Positions 1 through 11,020 of a stretch of DNA of 64,000 bases are shown piece by piece. Positions within the stretch are counted from its first letter, which is position 1; the number at the start of each line of letters is the position of its first letter. Source of the stretch: Takakia lepidozioides (taxonomy: Eukaryota; Plantae; Bryophyta); NCBI GenBank assembly GCA_030704615.1, contig CM060733.1, positions 6,014,001 through 6,078,000 of the forward strand. Reading direction: 5' to 3'. The notes under the pieces were generated by a model that was not told the origin of the DNA, made no database searches, and worked only from the letters and a program-made list of their open reading frames with translations. The translations under genes and the position numbers were made by a program.

Positions 1-1897
1 TCCGTGGAACAAACAGGCTCATTTACAATTTGCTTTGAAAAAGGTAACCATGACATCACTGGGAAATAGAACTATGTTCTATAATTCTCACCAGGATGTT
101 GTCCTGAATTAGAATTCCTTATTAAGAACTCCTTTGGTGAGATTAGGGTTTTCTAGATGGTCTGTGCTGATGCTCCAGTTCCAAGTGTCAACAAGTGATA
201 TTCTCACCAACTCTCACCATGTAGGTGAGAAAAACACAAAGAAAGGACTACTAGCATTTAAAAAGACATAAATTCCACACCTCTACCACTAAAACAAGAC
301 CAACCACATATTGGATGTGAAACTATTATCTCTGCTGCTGTCACGTTGGCTGAATGACTACACGATTGCCCGTTGTCTGTCTAAGAGCTACCATATCAAA
401 GTATTAGGGTTTCAAGAACGCTTCAAACCCTTGGTTTGTGTGCAGCTAGACTTCCATCCCTATTAGCACGATACATTGTGGGAATCGATAGTAAAACTCC
501 CGTCACATGGCTTGCTGCCAAAGCGCTTAGATGTGGCCCTGATTGATGAACTTGCGAAGATTAAGTAAGCCCTAAAAAGAGCCCCGATCATGACATTAAA
601 GCTTAAACCCCCTGGAAGTTATCCCCGGCATCCATTCCCTTAAGCTGCTATGCCAAATGTCAGCAAGTAAAGTGATCAGGAACTGCTTCTACAGGCTTCA
701 TGAAAAATGAGATTTCTGTTGGAGATTGGTCACATCCAGCTTACTCTGCGAGGACTGCGAACAATCAGCTCCGAAGACCTACATGTACAAATCCCTGTAG
801 AAGTACTGCAATTTGATGCAAGCTACATTGGTCCAATGAGACTCAGTACATCAGCAGAAGAAGGTTGGCCTATATGCGCTATATCCGCTCTGCGTGGATC
901 GTCCCACCTCTTATAGAATGACGAGGAGTAGAGTGGCCTCCTTGAGAATCTATAGCAAAAGAAGATTCCTCGAACAAACTCACCATTAAACACCAACTTT
1001 ATTACGCGGATCACACCAAGCCACATGCAGGCGACATCAGTACTGAACATATTCACTAAGCAAAGAATAAACACTCCCATCGAAATAGAGCAAAGTACCT
1101 TGTTGACGGCAGGTCTAAAAGCCCGCCATGACATCTTCCCTCCTTCCTGGCGGCACCAGAGGGAGAGAAAGAGAGGAGGGGGACAAGGAACACAAGCGGA
1201 AAAGAGGAGAAGAGCTCTGATATGGCGGCTAGATTGGCCACCGTTGCTCCCCTAAATAAATGCACAACTAACTGCACGTGTAAAACTACTTAGCTGCATA
1301 GTTTGATAAAAAGACCCAGTGGGCTGACTCTACAAATGGGTAAAACTGTCCCAAAGGGACAGAGCTAGATAAGCGGCTGGTCGCCTAATGCCTCCTCCTA
1401 TTGTGAAGAGAGAGATTTACTTTTATCCATAAGAAATGTTAACCTTAATAAAATTATGTCATGGTTATCCCATAGTTTCGGGTTCATGGATTCTGCCTTT
1501 GTAATGGCTCCATGGCTCAAAAAGGGAGTAAACTTTCATTTCTTCTCAAGATTCAGATGCTCGGCCGGTGTTTAGTTGGAAGCAAATAAAGCAACAAATA
1601 AATAAGTGTATGTTAGTTATAATTTATAACATGATGATATCTAGGCATATGACTAGGTAGTTTAAAATCGAGTACATTATTCTATCTGTATTGTTGGATT
1701 TATACACCTAACTTCGTGTACAAGGAGTTAGTTTTGTAGGTACAGCCCTTCAGTTTAGGTAGGTCTGTAGTTCAACGGAAGGGTCATGATTATTAGTAGT
1801 TGGTGGCTCCGAGCCAAACTGTATATCTCCCTGCTCGTTAATCCAAGACTCATCAGTTCTGCTAATCACTTTTCTGTGTTCTTCAATTGTGTCTTTT

Positions 1898-1909
1898 TGG
1901 TATCAGAGC
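1898..1909 (+). promoter_or_regulatory. Primer-binding site (tRNA-iMet) of the copia element
   Basis: TGGTATCAGAGC directly upstream of the gag leader. Confidence 0.85.
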
Positions 1910-3400
1910 TGAGGAATCACAGTACTGCAGAGCGTGAGCTAAGCTCCGTACGGTCAAGATTCTCTTCTCTTCACGTTTGCTTGTATTGAACAGTGAGTGC
2001 AGCTCACATACGATCTTGTCATATGCTGTGAGCCCAGCTCCAGCAAGTTCTTGTCGGCGACTACTATTTTTTGCTTTCGTTGTATTAGCTACTCATGGGT
2101 TCTCTTTGTTCCTTTGTCTTCTCTTTTGTTTCTTGATTTTCTTTCCGTAACCTCTTTGAGTTTTCTGCCGAAGTTAAGAAATGGGTCCCATTCATTTCAC
2201 TTCATAGATTTTTTCTTTCTTCATTCTCTACGATCGCCAGTCACCATGACAAGTCAAGATCCTGTTAGTGATGCAAACAAGCTTTCTGGCCCCCTGAACT
2301 ATTCAACATGGAAGTTCAGAATCAAAAATATCCTCATGAGAGATGATCTCTGGGACATAGTTTTCACTTCGAAGATCCCAAGGACAGTTGGAGGTACTTG
2401 GCAGAACTGTACATGATCCCAAACAATGCAATTCGCCTCATGCTCAAAGACAAACTAACGTCGATTAAACTTGGTGAGTGTGCATATGTTGCAGATTATT
2501 TGCAGAACATTTAGGAGATCCAGTTCGAGCTCACATGGATTGGAGAGGCGATCCCTCAAAATGACTTGGTGGAGAGAATGTTGAACACCCTTCCGGATAG
2601 CTACACTGGAATTCTTGCAACTTTCAACGGCAACTTACAACTCCCCACTTTCAGCGAAGTGTCTACTCGGCTCAAGAAGAGGGAAGGCTTGCCTTCCGAG
2701 CTAAAGCCATGGGCAATAGTGACAACGCCGAAGCGCTCATGGTGGAAATGCGCAACAGCCCTTTCTATAACTTTCATGGGAGACGACCCTATGAGCCAGC
2801 ACGTGGAGTCTTCCGTCTAAGTTTCAACCCGAGCTTCAATGACAGTGCCGAAGGACGTGATGGTTTCTGACCAAGAACCATTGGTCCCTGCAATTTTTGT
2901 GGTGAGCTTGGACATCTGATGAGAAACTGTTCCGAACTCGCAAGGGAAATGGCCAAACGAGCACGTGAACGACGCATCCATCAACATGCTTCTGCTCACA
3001 CGAACGTTGTGGAGAATGAGCAAGACAGCCCAGTGGAGAATGACGACACATTTCTAAATCTTTTTGAGTGTGGCATCAATGCTTTGGACTTTAGAGAAAG
3101 ATCTGGACTGGTTTGTCGATTTAGGTGCTTCCAAGCATACTGCATGAGAGAAGAGTGCCATTAGAGAAGTAGTTTCCTCAAGCAATCTCTCTCATGTAAG
3201 AGCTGCTGGAGGGGAAAGTCATGCCATAGAGGGCACATGCATTGTAAACATCAAGCTCACAGAAGTTCTGTATGTACCGACTCTGACAAAAAATCTTATA
3301 TCTGTTGGGTCTTTGGCAGACAAGGGTATGATCTTAATCTTTAACGATAAACTATGCTTGATCCTGATTGGACAAGGGCATCATGACACAAACAGTGGAC

Positions 3401-3945
3401 ACTATCAGTTTAGTATTGCTTCTAGTTCATTTTGTCACCCTGAATGGAGGACACTCAGTACCAAATGCTCGGCAATCCTTTGTGGAAATGATTTATGATT
3501 TTGTGCTTAACTTGGTGAACGAACAAATAAGCGGCGCTTCTTCGATGAAACAACGATTTTTCCCCCTAATCTTTGTCACTTTTACTTCTTCATTATTTCG
3601 TAATCTTATTGGTATGATACCCCATAGTTTTACAGTAACAAGTCATTTTATAATTACCCTGGGTCTTCCATTATCTCTTTCTATTGGAATCACTATAGTT
3701 GGATTTCAAACGCATGGGCTTCATTTTTTCAGTTTGTCATTACCGCAAGGAGTACCCTTGTCGTTAGCACCTTTCTTAGTACCTCCCGAGCCAATCCCTC
3801 ATCGTTTCCGCGCATTAAGTTCAGGAATACGTTTATTTGCCAATATGATGGCTGGTCATAGTTTAGTCAAGATTTTGAGTGGGTTTGCTCGGACTATGCT
3901 ATCTATGGGGGGTATTATGTATTTAGCACATCTTGCTCCTTTTTT
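3401..3945 (+). pseudogene. atp6: Nuclear copy (NUMT) of an internal mitochondrial atp6 fragment, unedited, inserted in copia pol
   Basis: Translation TISLVLLLVHFVTLNGGHSVPNARQSFVEMIYDFV...GIRLFANMMAGHSLVKILSGFARTMLSMGGIMYLAHLAPF is ATP synthase subunit a. It lacks both termini and has copia sequence on both sides. Confidence 0.95.
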
Positions 3946-5469
3946 GACAGACTCCATGCCTCGAAAACTCAGCCACAGTCCATACCACGTGTCTGCTCTG
4001 TCGTGGATCTCACGCAACTGTGGCACCGAAGGCTTGGTCACCTCAACCCACAAAGCGTCCACCTCCTGTCAATGTGAGATCTTGCGACAGGAATTCCCAA
4101 GATTGGAATATCATCTCGCTTGTGCCAAGGATGGATGGAAGGCAAACAACATCGTGAGCGTGCACCTAAGCATGCAACTCACCGGGCACCTCAGGTACTT
4201 GAACTGATACATTCCGACCTATTCACATGGAAGAGCTCAATATTTTATCACGTTTGTTGATGACTACAGCCGCAAGACATGGGTTTTCTTCTTACAGCAC
4301 AAGTCTCAAGCCTTTGAGTACTTCAAGAAGTTTAAAGCATATGTTGAAAACCTTACAGGCAAAAGAATCAAGCGTTTGAGAAGTGATAGAGGTGGGGAAT
4401 ACTTTTCGGCAGATTTTGTGTTTCTGCGAAAAGGAGGGTATCAGCAGACAACTTACTCAATCTTACACCTCGCACCAAAAATGGTGTGGCAGAGAGAAAG
4501 AACATGACGCTCATGGAGAAGGCTAGAGCCATGGTCTACGAAACGGGGTTCCTAGATATCTTTGGGCTGAAGCCCTCTCCACTGCCAACTTTCTTACCAA
4601 CCTATCTCCCACCAAGGCAAACCTTGGAACCACCCCTAATGAGAGATTTTCTGGTGAGAAACCAGATCTGAGCAGGTTGCGGATTTTTGGGAGCATAACG
4701 CATGTACACATTCCTGATGAAAAGTGCAGAAAGCTCGATCCCAAGTCACTGCAGTGCGCTTTCATGGGATATGACAGTGAGACCAATGGTTATAGGTGTT
4801 ATCATCCTTCCACAAAGAAAATCATTATCAGCAAGGACGTGCGATTTGACGAGGGTGTTTTTCTCTATTCTAATCGAGAAACTCCCACACTTATGAGTCC
4901 TGATGATTCTATGGAGACAGGTGCACAAGAATCTGAAGTTGGTGAAGGTAACAAAGAGAGTCCCTCTGATGGGAGCCTCCAAGCTCAATTGCCACAACTC
5001 ATGGAGTCCCAGGGGAGCCAAGGCTCTGTCTTCAGACTTATTTTGCAAGCACCAGCTCCGAACTCACATGAGGAACACGGTGAGTTGATTTCTCCAACGG
5101 TTGCTGATAGTGTAGTGCCTAATCACAGATTGCTTGTGGGAAATTCGCACTCTACTTCGTCCTTGCAGAAATACTCATCACCTGAAGCTCAAAGTTCAGA
5201 ACCTCCTAGATCTCGAGCTCCTTCTACCCGTCTTAGAGACCATTTCATATTCAACGCTGAACACAGTCTAAGCAATTTTGACGAACCTAGCATTTTTGCA
5301 GAGGCAGCTTCCAACCCAGGATGGATACAGTCCATGGAGTAGGAAATGACTTCAATTTATCATGACAACACATGGTCTCTCACAGATTTACCTGTAGGCA
5401 AAAGGCCCATTGACACCAAATGGGTATACAAAGTGAAGGAAGGAACATCGCAACGGTGGCATTTCGCCA

Positions 5470-6260
5470 CATCAAGATTTTTCAATTCTTCACACATGGG
5501 CCAACGGCATAGGCTACACTAGAGGTTGCACTTGGGCCTCCACATAGGAGGAAATTTTAGATTTCAATTCTTCACACATGGGCCAAAGGTACAGGCCAGA
5601 GTTGGACTGGTATCAAGTTTTTTACATACCAGACTGGTCCTGGTACCAGGCATATTACAAAACTTTCATACCAGTCTGGTCTCTATAATGGTGGATGTAT
5701 TTTTTTCCAGATACTCGTATGAATATGAGTATCATGACCACAATACCAGCTGGTATGAGATATCAACTCTGGTATCATTCCAAAGCCATCTTGAATTACA
5801 AATTTATCAAGTGGCAAGTATCAAGTGAAAATAAAAAAAATATACATAAGTACAAATATATAGGCATATGTACACATAAATTAATTCAGTATACATACCA
5901 GAGTAAATGAGGAAGACGATGGGGGAGTACGGGTATTGTGGCTGGTATGAAAGAACTGATACCAACCTGGTCTGGTATCTGACCAAGTATTCTCCCAAAT
6001 GATACCAGACTTGTCTGGTATCTAATACTAGTGCATATACCAGTATTATGTATTGTCCTTCACCTATATACCAGTCCAACACTGGTATAGGCTACCCTAG
6101 AGGTCGCATTTGGGCCTAGTCGACATATGAGATGCATTTGGATACATATGGGATTCCACTAAGACTTAGATGACATTGGACACTAGGGCCAACCGCAGAG
6201 GTTACCCTAGAGGTCGCAATTGGGCCTAGACATAGAAGACGTACTTGGATACCATAGGAA
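5470..6260 (+). repeat. Helitron-family repeat units (fragment), interrupted by a hAT MITE
   Basis: Repeated TGGGCCAACGGCAYAGGCTACCCTAGAGGTCGCACTTGGGCC units matching the element at 42022-43027. Confidence 0.7.
5597..6084. mobile_element. Non-autonomous hAT element (MITE)
   Basis: TIRs CAGAGTTGGACTGGTAT / ATACCAGTCCAACACTG (1 mismatch). 8-bp TSD GTACAGGC / GTATAGGC. Many internal TACCAG/CTGGTA repeats. Confidence 0.85.
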
Positions 6261-6261
6261 A

Positions 6262-9200
6262 CTAGGGTAGCATGTGCCGTTGGCCCAAGTGTCCAGTGTC
6301 ATCTAAGTCCAAGTGCAATCCCCTATCTATCCAAGTATGTCTCCTATGTTGAGGTCCACATGCGACCTCTAGGGCAGCCTGTGCCGTTGGCCCAAGTGTC
6401 CAACGTCATCTAAGTCCAAGTGCAACCCCTATGTATCCAAGTGTGTCTTCTATGTCGAGGCCCAAGTGTGACCTCTAGGGTAGCCTATGTCGTTGGCCCA
6501 AGTGTAAGATCTTATATGTATTCCATGTCACAAACATAGCCCAGATGAACTTACCAAGAGTAAATATCAGAAGTTATCAAGTTACCATGTAACCAAAAGT
6601 TACCATAATTTACCGTGATATATCATGATCTACCATAATTTACCATAAGCTACCATTAGTTACCAAGTTACCGAGAGTTTATCAAATTACCGAAAATAAC
6701 TTAGGAAACTGCTCGTGAAGCTTCATTTGGAGGAAACTTCTCCATCAAGATACCTCTTTTGTTTCAAGAAACTTCTTCATTAAGAAATTGTTTTTAAATG
6801 AAACTTCTTCATCAAGAAACCTTTGTTTAACCTTGGAAAATTCTCCATCAAGAAACCTCCATTGGGGAAGCTTCTTAGGGAACTTCCTAGTAGCTAGTAT
6901 ATTTAGAAGGCGAGACTGGACACTCCTCAGTCTCGCCAACACAAGTTCAAGCTACTCTTGTTTCCAGTTCCAGTACTCCAGTCCAGCTTCCAGTACTCTA
7001 GTCCAGTTTCCAGTATCTGGTATTCCAGTCCAGTTCCCATCATTCCAGTATTCAAGTCCAGTTCTAGTATCTTGTACTCTTGTCCATTGTTATAAAGATC
7101 ATCTTGATTCATGTTTACCAATCATGCATTCGACCACTTCGACCTTGACTTTTTGTCTAGTCTTGTACCTCTAGTCTGATCTTTTGTTTGGGTTCAGTCA
7201 TGTTATCGTCATTGACAATTTGGCAAGACTAAAGTTTGTTCATTATAAGTTAGTTAAGATGGAAGGCATATTTGCAGAACTGGTCGTCACCTTGCAGAGT
7301 TTTCAGCTCCAAATGCAAGAACTTCGCACCTCTACCGCCCAATTGTAAGCTGATCAGTCTCAAGATCTTGGCAACGCTTTCCACAATTTGCAACAACAAA
7401 TTTCAGAGTTAAAATAGTCGAACAATGGATCTTCAACCATACGAGTCCCTACTGCAACAGCTCTTACTGCAACGGTTCCTCTTCAACAAATTACGAAAGA
7501 ACCAAAGATCAGCATGCCCGAGAAATTTGATGGGACAAGATCAAGATTTCGCGGTTTTGCTCAACAAGTACGATTGTTTCTACGACTACATCCACAACGC
7601 TACCCCGATGAAGGTATTCAAGTGGGATTCGTGGGCACCCTTTTATCAGGCACTGCCTTATCTTGGTTTGCACCGCTATTAGAAAAAAATTTGCATTTAC
7701 TATACAATTTTGAAGCGTTCATGTCCGAGTTCACTGTAACGTTTGGAGAGAATGATAGAAAGAGAGTTGGAGAGACAAAGATGCGAAATCTTCGACAAGG
7801 AGCACGTCTTGCTTCCGAATTTCGACAACTTGCGTGCGACCTCGACTGGAATGAGAATAACCTCATTAGTCAGTTTCGATGTGGGCTAAAAGAGGATGTA
7901 AAAGATTTGTTGCTGACAATGCCAAACGTGAGTACACTGAGCGAATTCATTACCCAAGTCATTGCTAATCGTTTGTTCGAAAGACGTCAAGAGAAACGAT
8001 CTGGATGATCGACGACGCATCATGTCGCTGCTACTACGGCACCAAACACAACGATCCATCAGTCATTTGGTAGTGATCATATGCAGATTGATGTTGTTTG
8101 ATTGAAGCCATTGACGCCACAAGAAAAACACGACGCTCGAATGGATTATGCCTCTATTGCGGAGAAGAAGATCACATAACATTAAATTGCCCCAACAAAA
8201 GAAGATTCAAAGCTCGGGGCGCAACTCAAGTGTTCGATACGAGGAGGTTGGAAAACGAAGATGTCCAGTCACAATATGGACCACAAATTTCTCACCAAAA
8301 AAATGTCTCTTTCTACCTCCAGACCCTGCACCTTGCTTCACAGTTCTGGTAAAAATCAGAGTGCAACATTGAGATATCTCTGTAGAAGCACTTTTGGACT
8401 CAGGGGCTTCAACATGTTTTATTGACAAAAGCTTTGCGAAACAACACAAGTTAACGCTCGTAAAGAAGAAACTCTCGGCCCCGTTGAAGTCATCGATGGA
8501 CGACCGTTAGCATTAGGAAATGTTGACCATGAAACTCGACCACTTGAAGTGAAGCTTAAAGATCAATGATCACATATTTTTTTCAACGTCATCTAGTCTC
8601 CAACGAATCCTATGATCCTTGGACTTCCCTGGTTCGTATTTCACAATCTTGATAGGAAATTTCTCCATCAAGAAACCTTTGTTTAATGAAACTTTTCCAT
8701 TAGAAAACCTTCGTTTAACCTTGGAAACCTCTCCATCAAGAAACCTCCATTGGGAAAGCTTCTTAGGGAACTTCCTAATAACTAGTATATATAGAAGGCG
8801 AGACTGGACACTCCTCAGTTTTCCAACACAAGTTCAAGCTACTCTTGTTTCCAGTCCCAGTACTCCAATCCAGCTTCCAGTACTCTAGTCCAGTTTCCAG
8901 TATCTGGTACTCCAGTCCAGTTCCCAGCATTCCAGTATTCAAGTCGAGTTCCAGTATCTTGTACTCTTGTCCATTATTATAAAGATCATCTTGATTAATG
9001 TTTACCCATCATGCATTCGACCACTCCGACCTTGACTTCTTGTCTAGTTTTGTACCTCTAGTCTGTTCTCTTGTTTGGGTTCAGTCATGTTCTCGTCCTT
9101 GACATTCTATTGTGTTTCCTATGTCGAGGCCCAAGTGCGACCTCTAGTGTAGCCTATGCCGTTGGCCCATATGTGAAGAATTGAAATCTAAGACCAAGTA

Positions 9201-9784
9201 TAATTTCCTATATATCCAAATGCGTCTCCTATGTCGAGGCCCATCTAAGCCTAAGTGCAATCTTCTATTCATGTATCCAAGTGCATCTCCTATGTAGAGC
9301 CCCAATTGTCCACTGTCATCTAAACCCAAGTCCAATCTCCTATGTATCCAGTGCAATTTTCTATGTATGCAAGTGCAACTCCTATGTTGAGGCCCAAACG
9401 CAACCTCTAGGCCCTAGGGTAGCCTGTGTCGTTGGCCCAAGTGTCCAACGTCATCTAAGTCATCTAAGTCTAATCATTTTCTTTTCCACAGAGCCTACGA
9501 CCAGATTTGAACCGGAGACCTTTCCCTTGATATCTCTCCCCTCGAGGCTACAACCATTGTCCCAGAAATGCCCACTTTGCATTTTTTGTGAATTTCCAAC
9601 AACCAAAAGTACTTGGAATTCCGTATCTCCCACACCGCAGGTCCAAAAGTCATGAGACCAAGCCGGTGCACCCCTCCTCGTCGAGGGCTACCAAGCACCA
9701 GCGCCGGGGCCTCGCGGTTTGGGACATCTCAACGCTACAAAACAAAACAAAACAAACAAACAAACGTCTCGCTTCATATATTGA
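6262..9784 (-). mobile_element. Non-autonomous Helitron, split by the gypsy insertion at 6526-9104
   Basis: On the minus strand: A|TCAATATATGAAGC 5' end at 9784 and hairpin plus CTAG|T 3' end at 6262. Same family as 42022-43027. Confidence 0.75.
6526..9104 (+). mobile_element. Internally deleted Ty3/gypsy element (Tcn1/PEG10-like gag and protease only)
   Basis: TGTCA...TGACA termini with TSD TTCCA/TTCTA. 5' LTR 6526-7217, partial 3' LTR ~8655-9104. Gag MPEKFDGTRSRFRGF...TLLSGTALSWF, Zn knuckle CLYCGEEDHITLNC, protease ALLDSGASTCFID. RT, RNase H and integrase are absent. Confidence 0.9.
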
Positions 9785-9807
9785 TTACACTTGGACATAG
9801 CAAACGC

Positions 9808-10316
9808 ACAATATATGAAGCGAGACAAGCGTTTGTTTGTTTGTTTGTTTTGTCACGTTGAGATGTCCCAAACCGCAAGGCCCAACGTGCTTGGTACCGT
9901 TGGAAAGGCCTCAGTGAGGAGGGGTACACGGGCTTGGTCTCATAATTTTTGGACCTACGGTGTGGGAGATGTGGAATTTCAAGTACTTTGGGCAGTTGGA
10001 AATTCGGGAAAAATAGCAAAGTGGGAGAATGGTTGGAGCCTCCACAGGAGAGATATCAAGGCAAGATCTCCAGTTCAAATCGGTCGTAGGCTCTATGGCT
10101 AAAACGAATTTGAAGGCTAAAACGAATTTGAAGTACTTTTGGTCACGACAATGATTGGAGCCTCGACATAAGAGACATCAAGGGAAAGGTCTCCGGTTCA
10201 AATCTGGTCGTAGGCTCTGTGGAAAAAAAATGATTAGATAAGGCTTGCTTCACATAATGATGCACTTGGGCTTAGATGACATTGGACGCTTGGGCCAACG
10301 GCACAGGCTACCCTAG
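9808..10316 (+). mobile_element. Short non-autonomous Helitron
   Basis: 5' ACAATATATGAAGC (family TC start altered), then (GTTT)n. 3' TTGGGCCAACGGCACAGGCTACCCTAG|T. Confidence 0.75.
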
Positions 10317-11020
10317 TTACAATAGAAGGAAGACTCTTGCTGAAGCAAGCATAATTTAGGGCAACCCAGTTGCTTTAAGCTTTGTCCAAGGACTTGAAAG
10401 TTCCCAGATATCCACACATGAAATAACTAGTTCACCTAGGGTACTCTCACAATACACAATCAGTTGACCCAAGTAAACCCTTTTTTTACAACTGGGTTCG
10501 CCATAATGGGTGACATCCAACAGATACCTGGGTAGCTTTTAAAACGTGACCTTGCAAGGTGGCCCTCTGCCCTAACTACTTCGCCATCTGTTTGATGCTT
10601 ATCATCACAATACTTTATTCACTAGATTATAATTGAGTCAGAAGTTTCAAAATAGCCACTATTGCGCTTGAAATGGGTTATTGACAAATGCTATCCCCTA
10701 CTTACTCTGGACATTAACTACTGACCCCTTCACTAACGGCCCTACACACATCGAATCAGAAGATATGTCATAAGTTTGTGGTTCTAGGTTAAACGCAAGA
10801 CCAGCAAATACTGAATCCCTTCAGTGGCCGGATAGACGCCAAAGCTCTGCATGGTTGCACAACCATTCTCCTTTTTGACATGGAAACACATTATTAATAA
10901 GCATGAGGCATACACACGAGGAACATGTAGAAGGCAAGAAAGCAAAATTGCTGTCCTCTTATTAAGAGAAGCCCGGTCAGACTTGCTGGAAGGTCTCAGC
11001 AAACATCCAGCCAGAAATTG

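Larger units (their letters stand above)
1692..5455 (+). mobile_element. Degenerate Ty1/copia LTR retrotransposon, 3'-truncated within RT
   Basis: tRNA-iMet PBS TGGTATCAGAGC at 1898-1909. Gag start MTSQDPVSDANKLSGPLNYSTWKFRIKNILMRDDLWDIV, Zn knuckle CNFCGELGHLMRNC (~2890), protease WFVDLGASKH (~3110), integrase LWHRRLGH...LRSDRGGEY...QNGVAERKN...KLDPKS.QC.FMGY (4020-4860), RT start WSLTDLPVGKRPIDTKWVYKVK (5370-5440). Domain order is copia-type, with many stops and frameshifts. LTR start is approximate. Confidence 0.92.

Noticed and set aside
823-1260. Possible first exon MSWRAFRPAVNK|GT on the minus strand after a CT-rich leader
   Set aside because: The next plausible exon closes after 12 codons and I recognise no homology, so it cannot be supported as a CDS.
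3368-4207. 279-aa ORF as a functional nuclear atp6 gene
   Set aside because: It lacks atp6 termini and a targeting peptide, needs mitochondrial editing, and its flanks are copia sequence.
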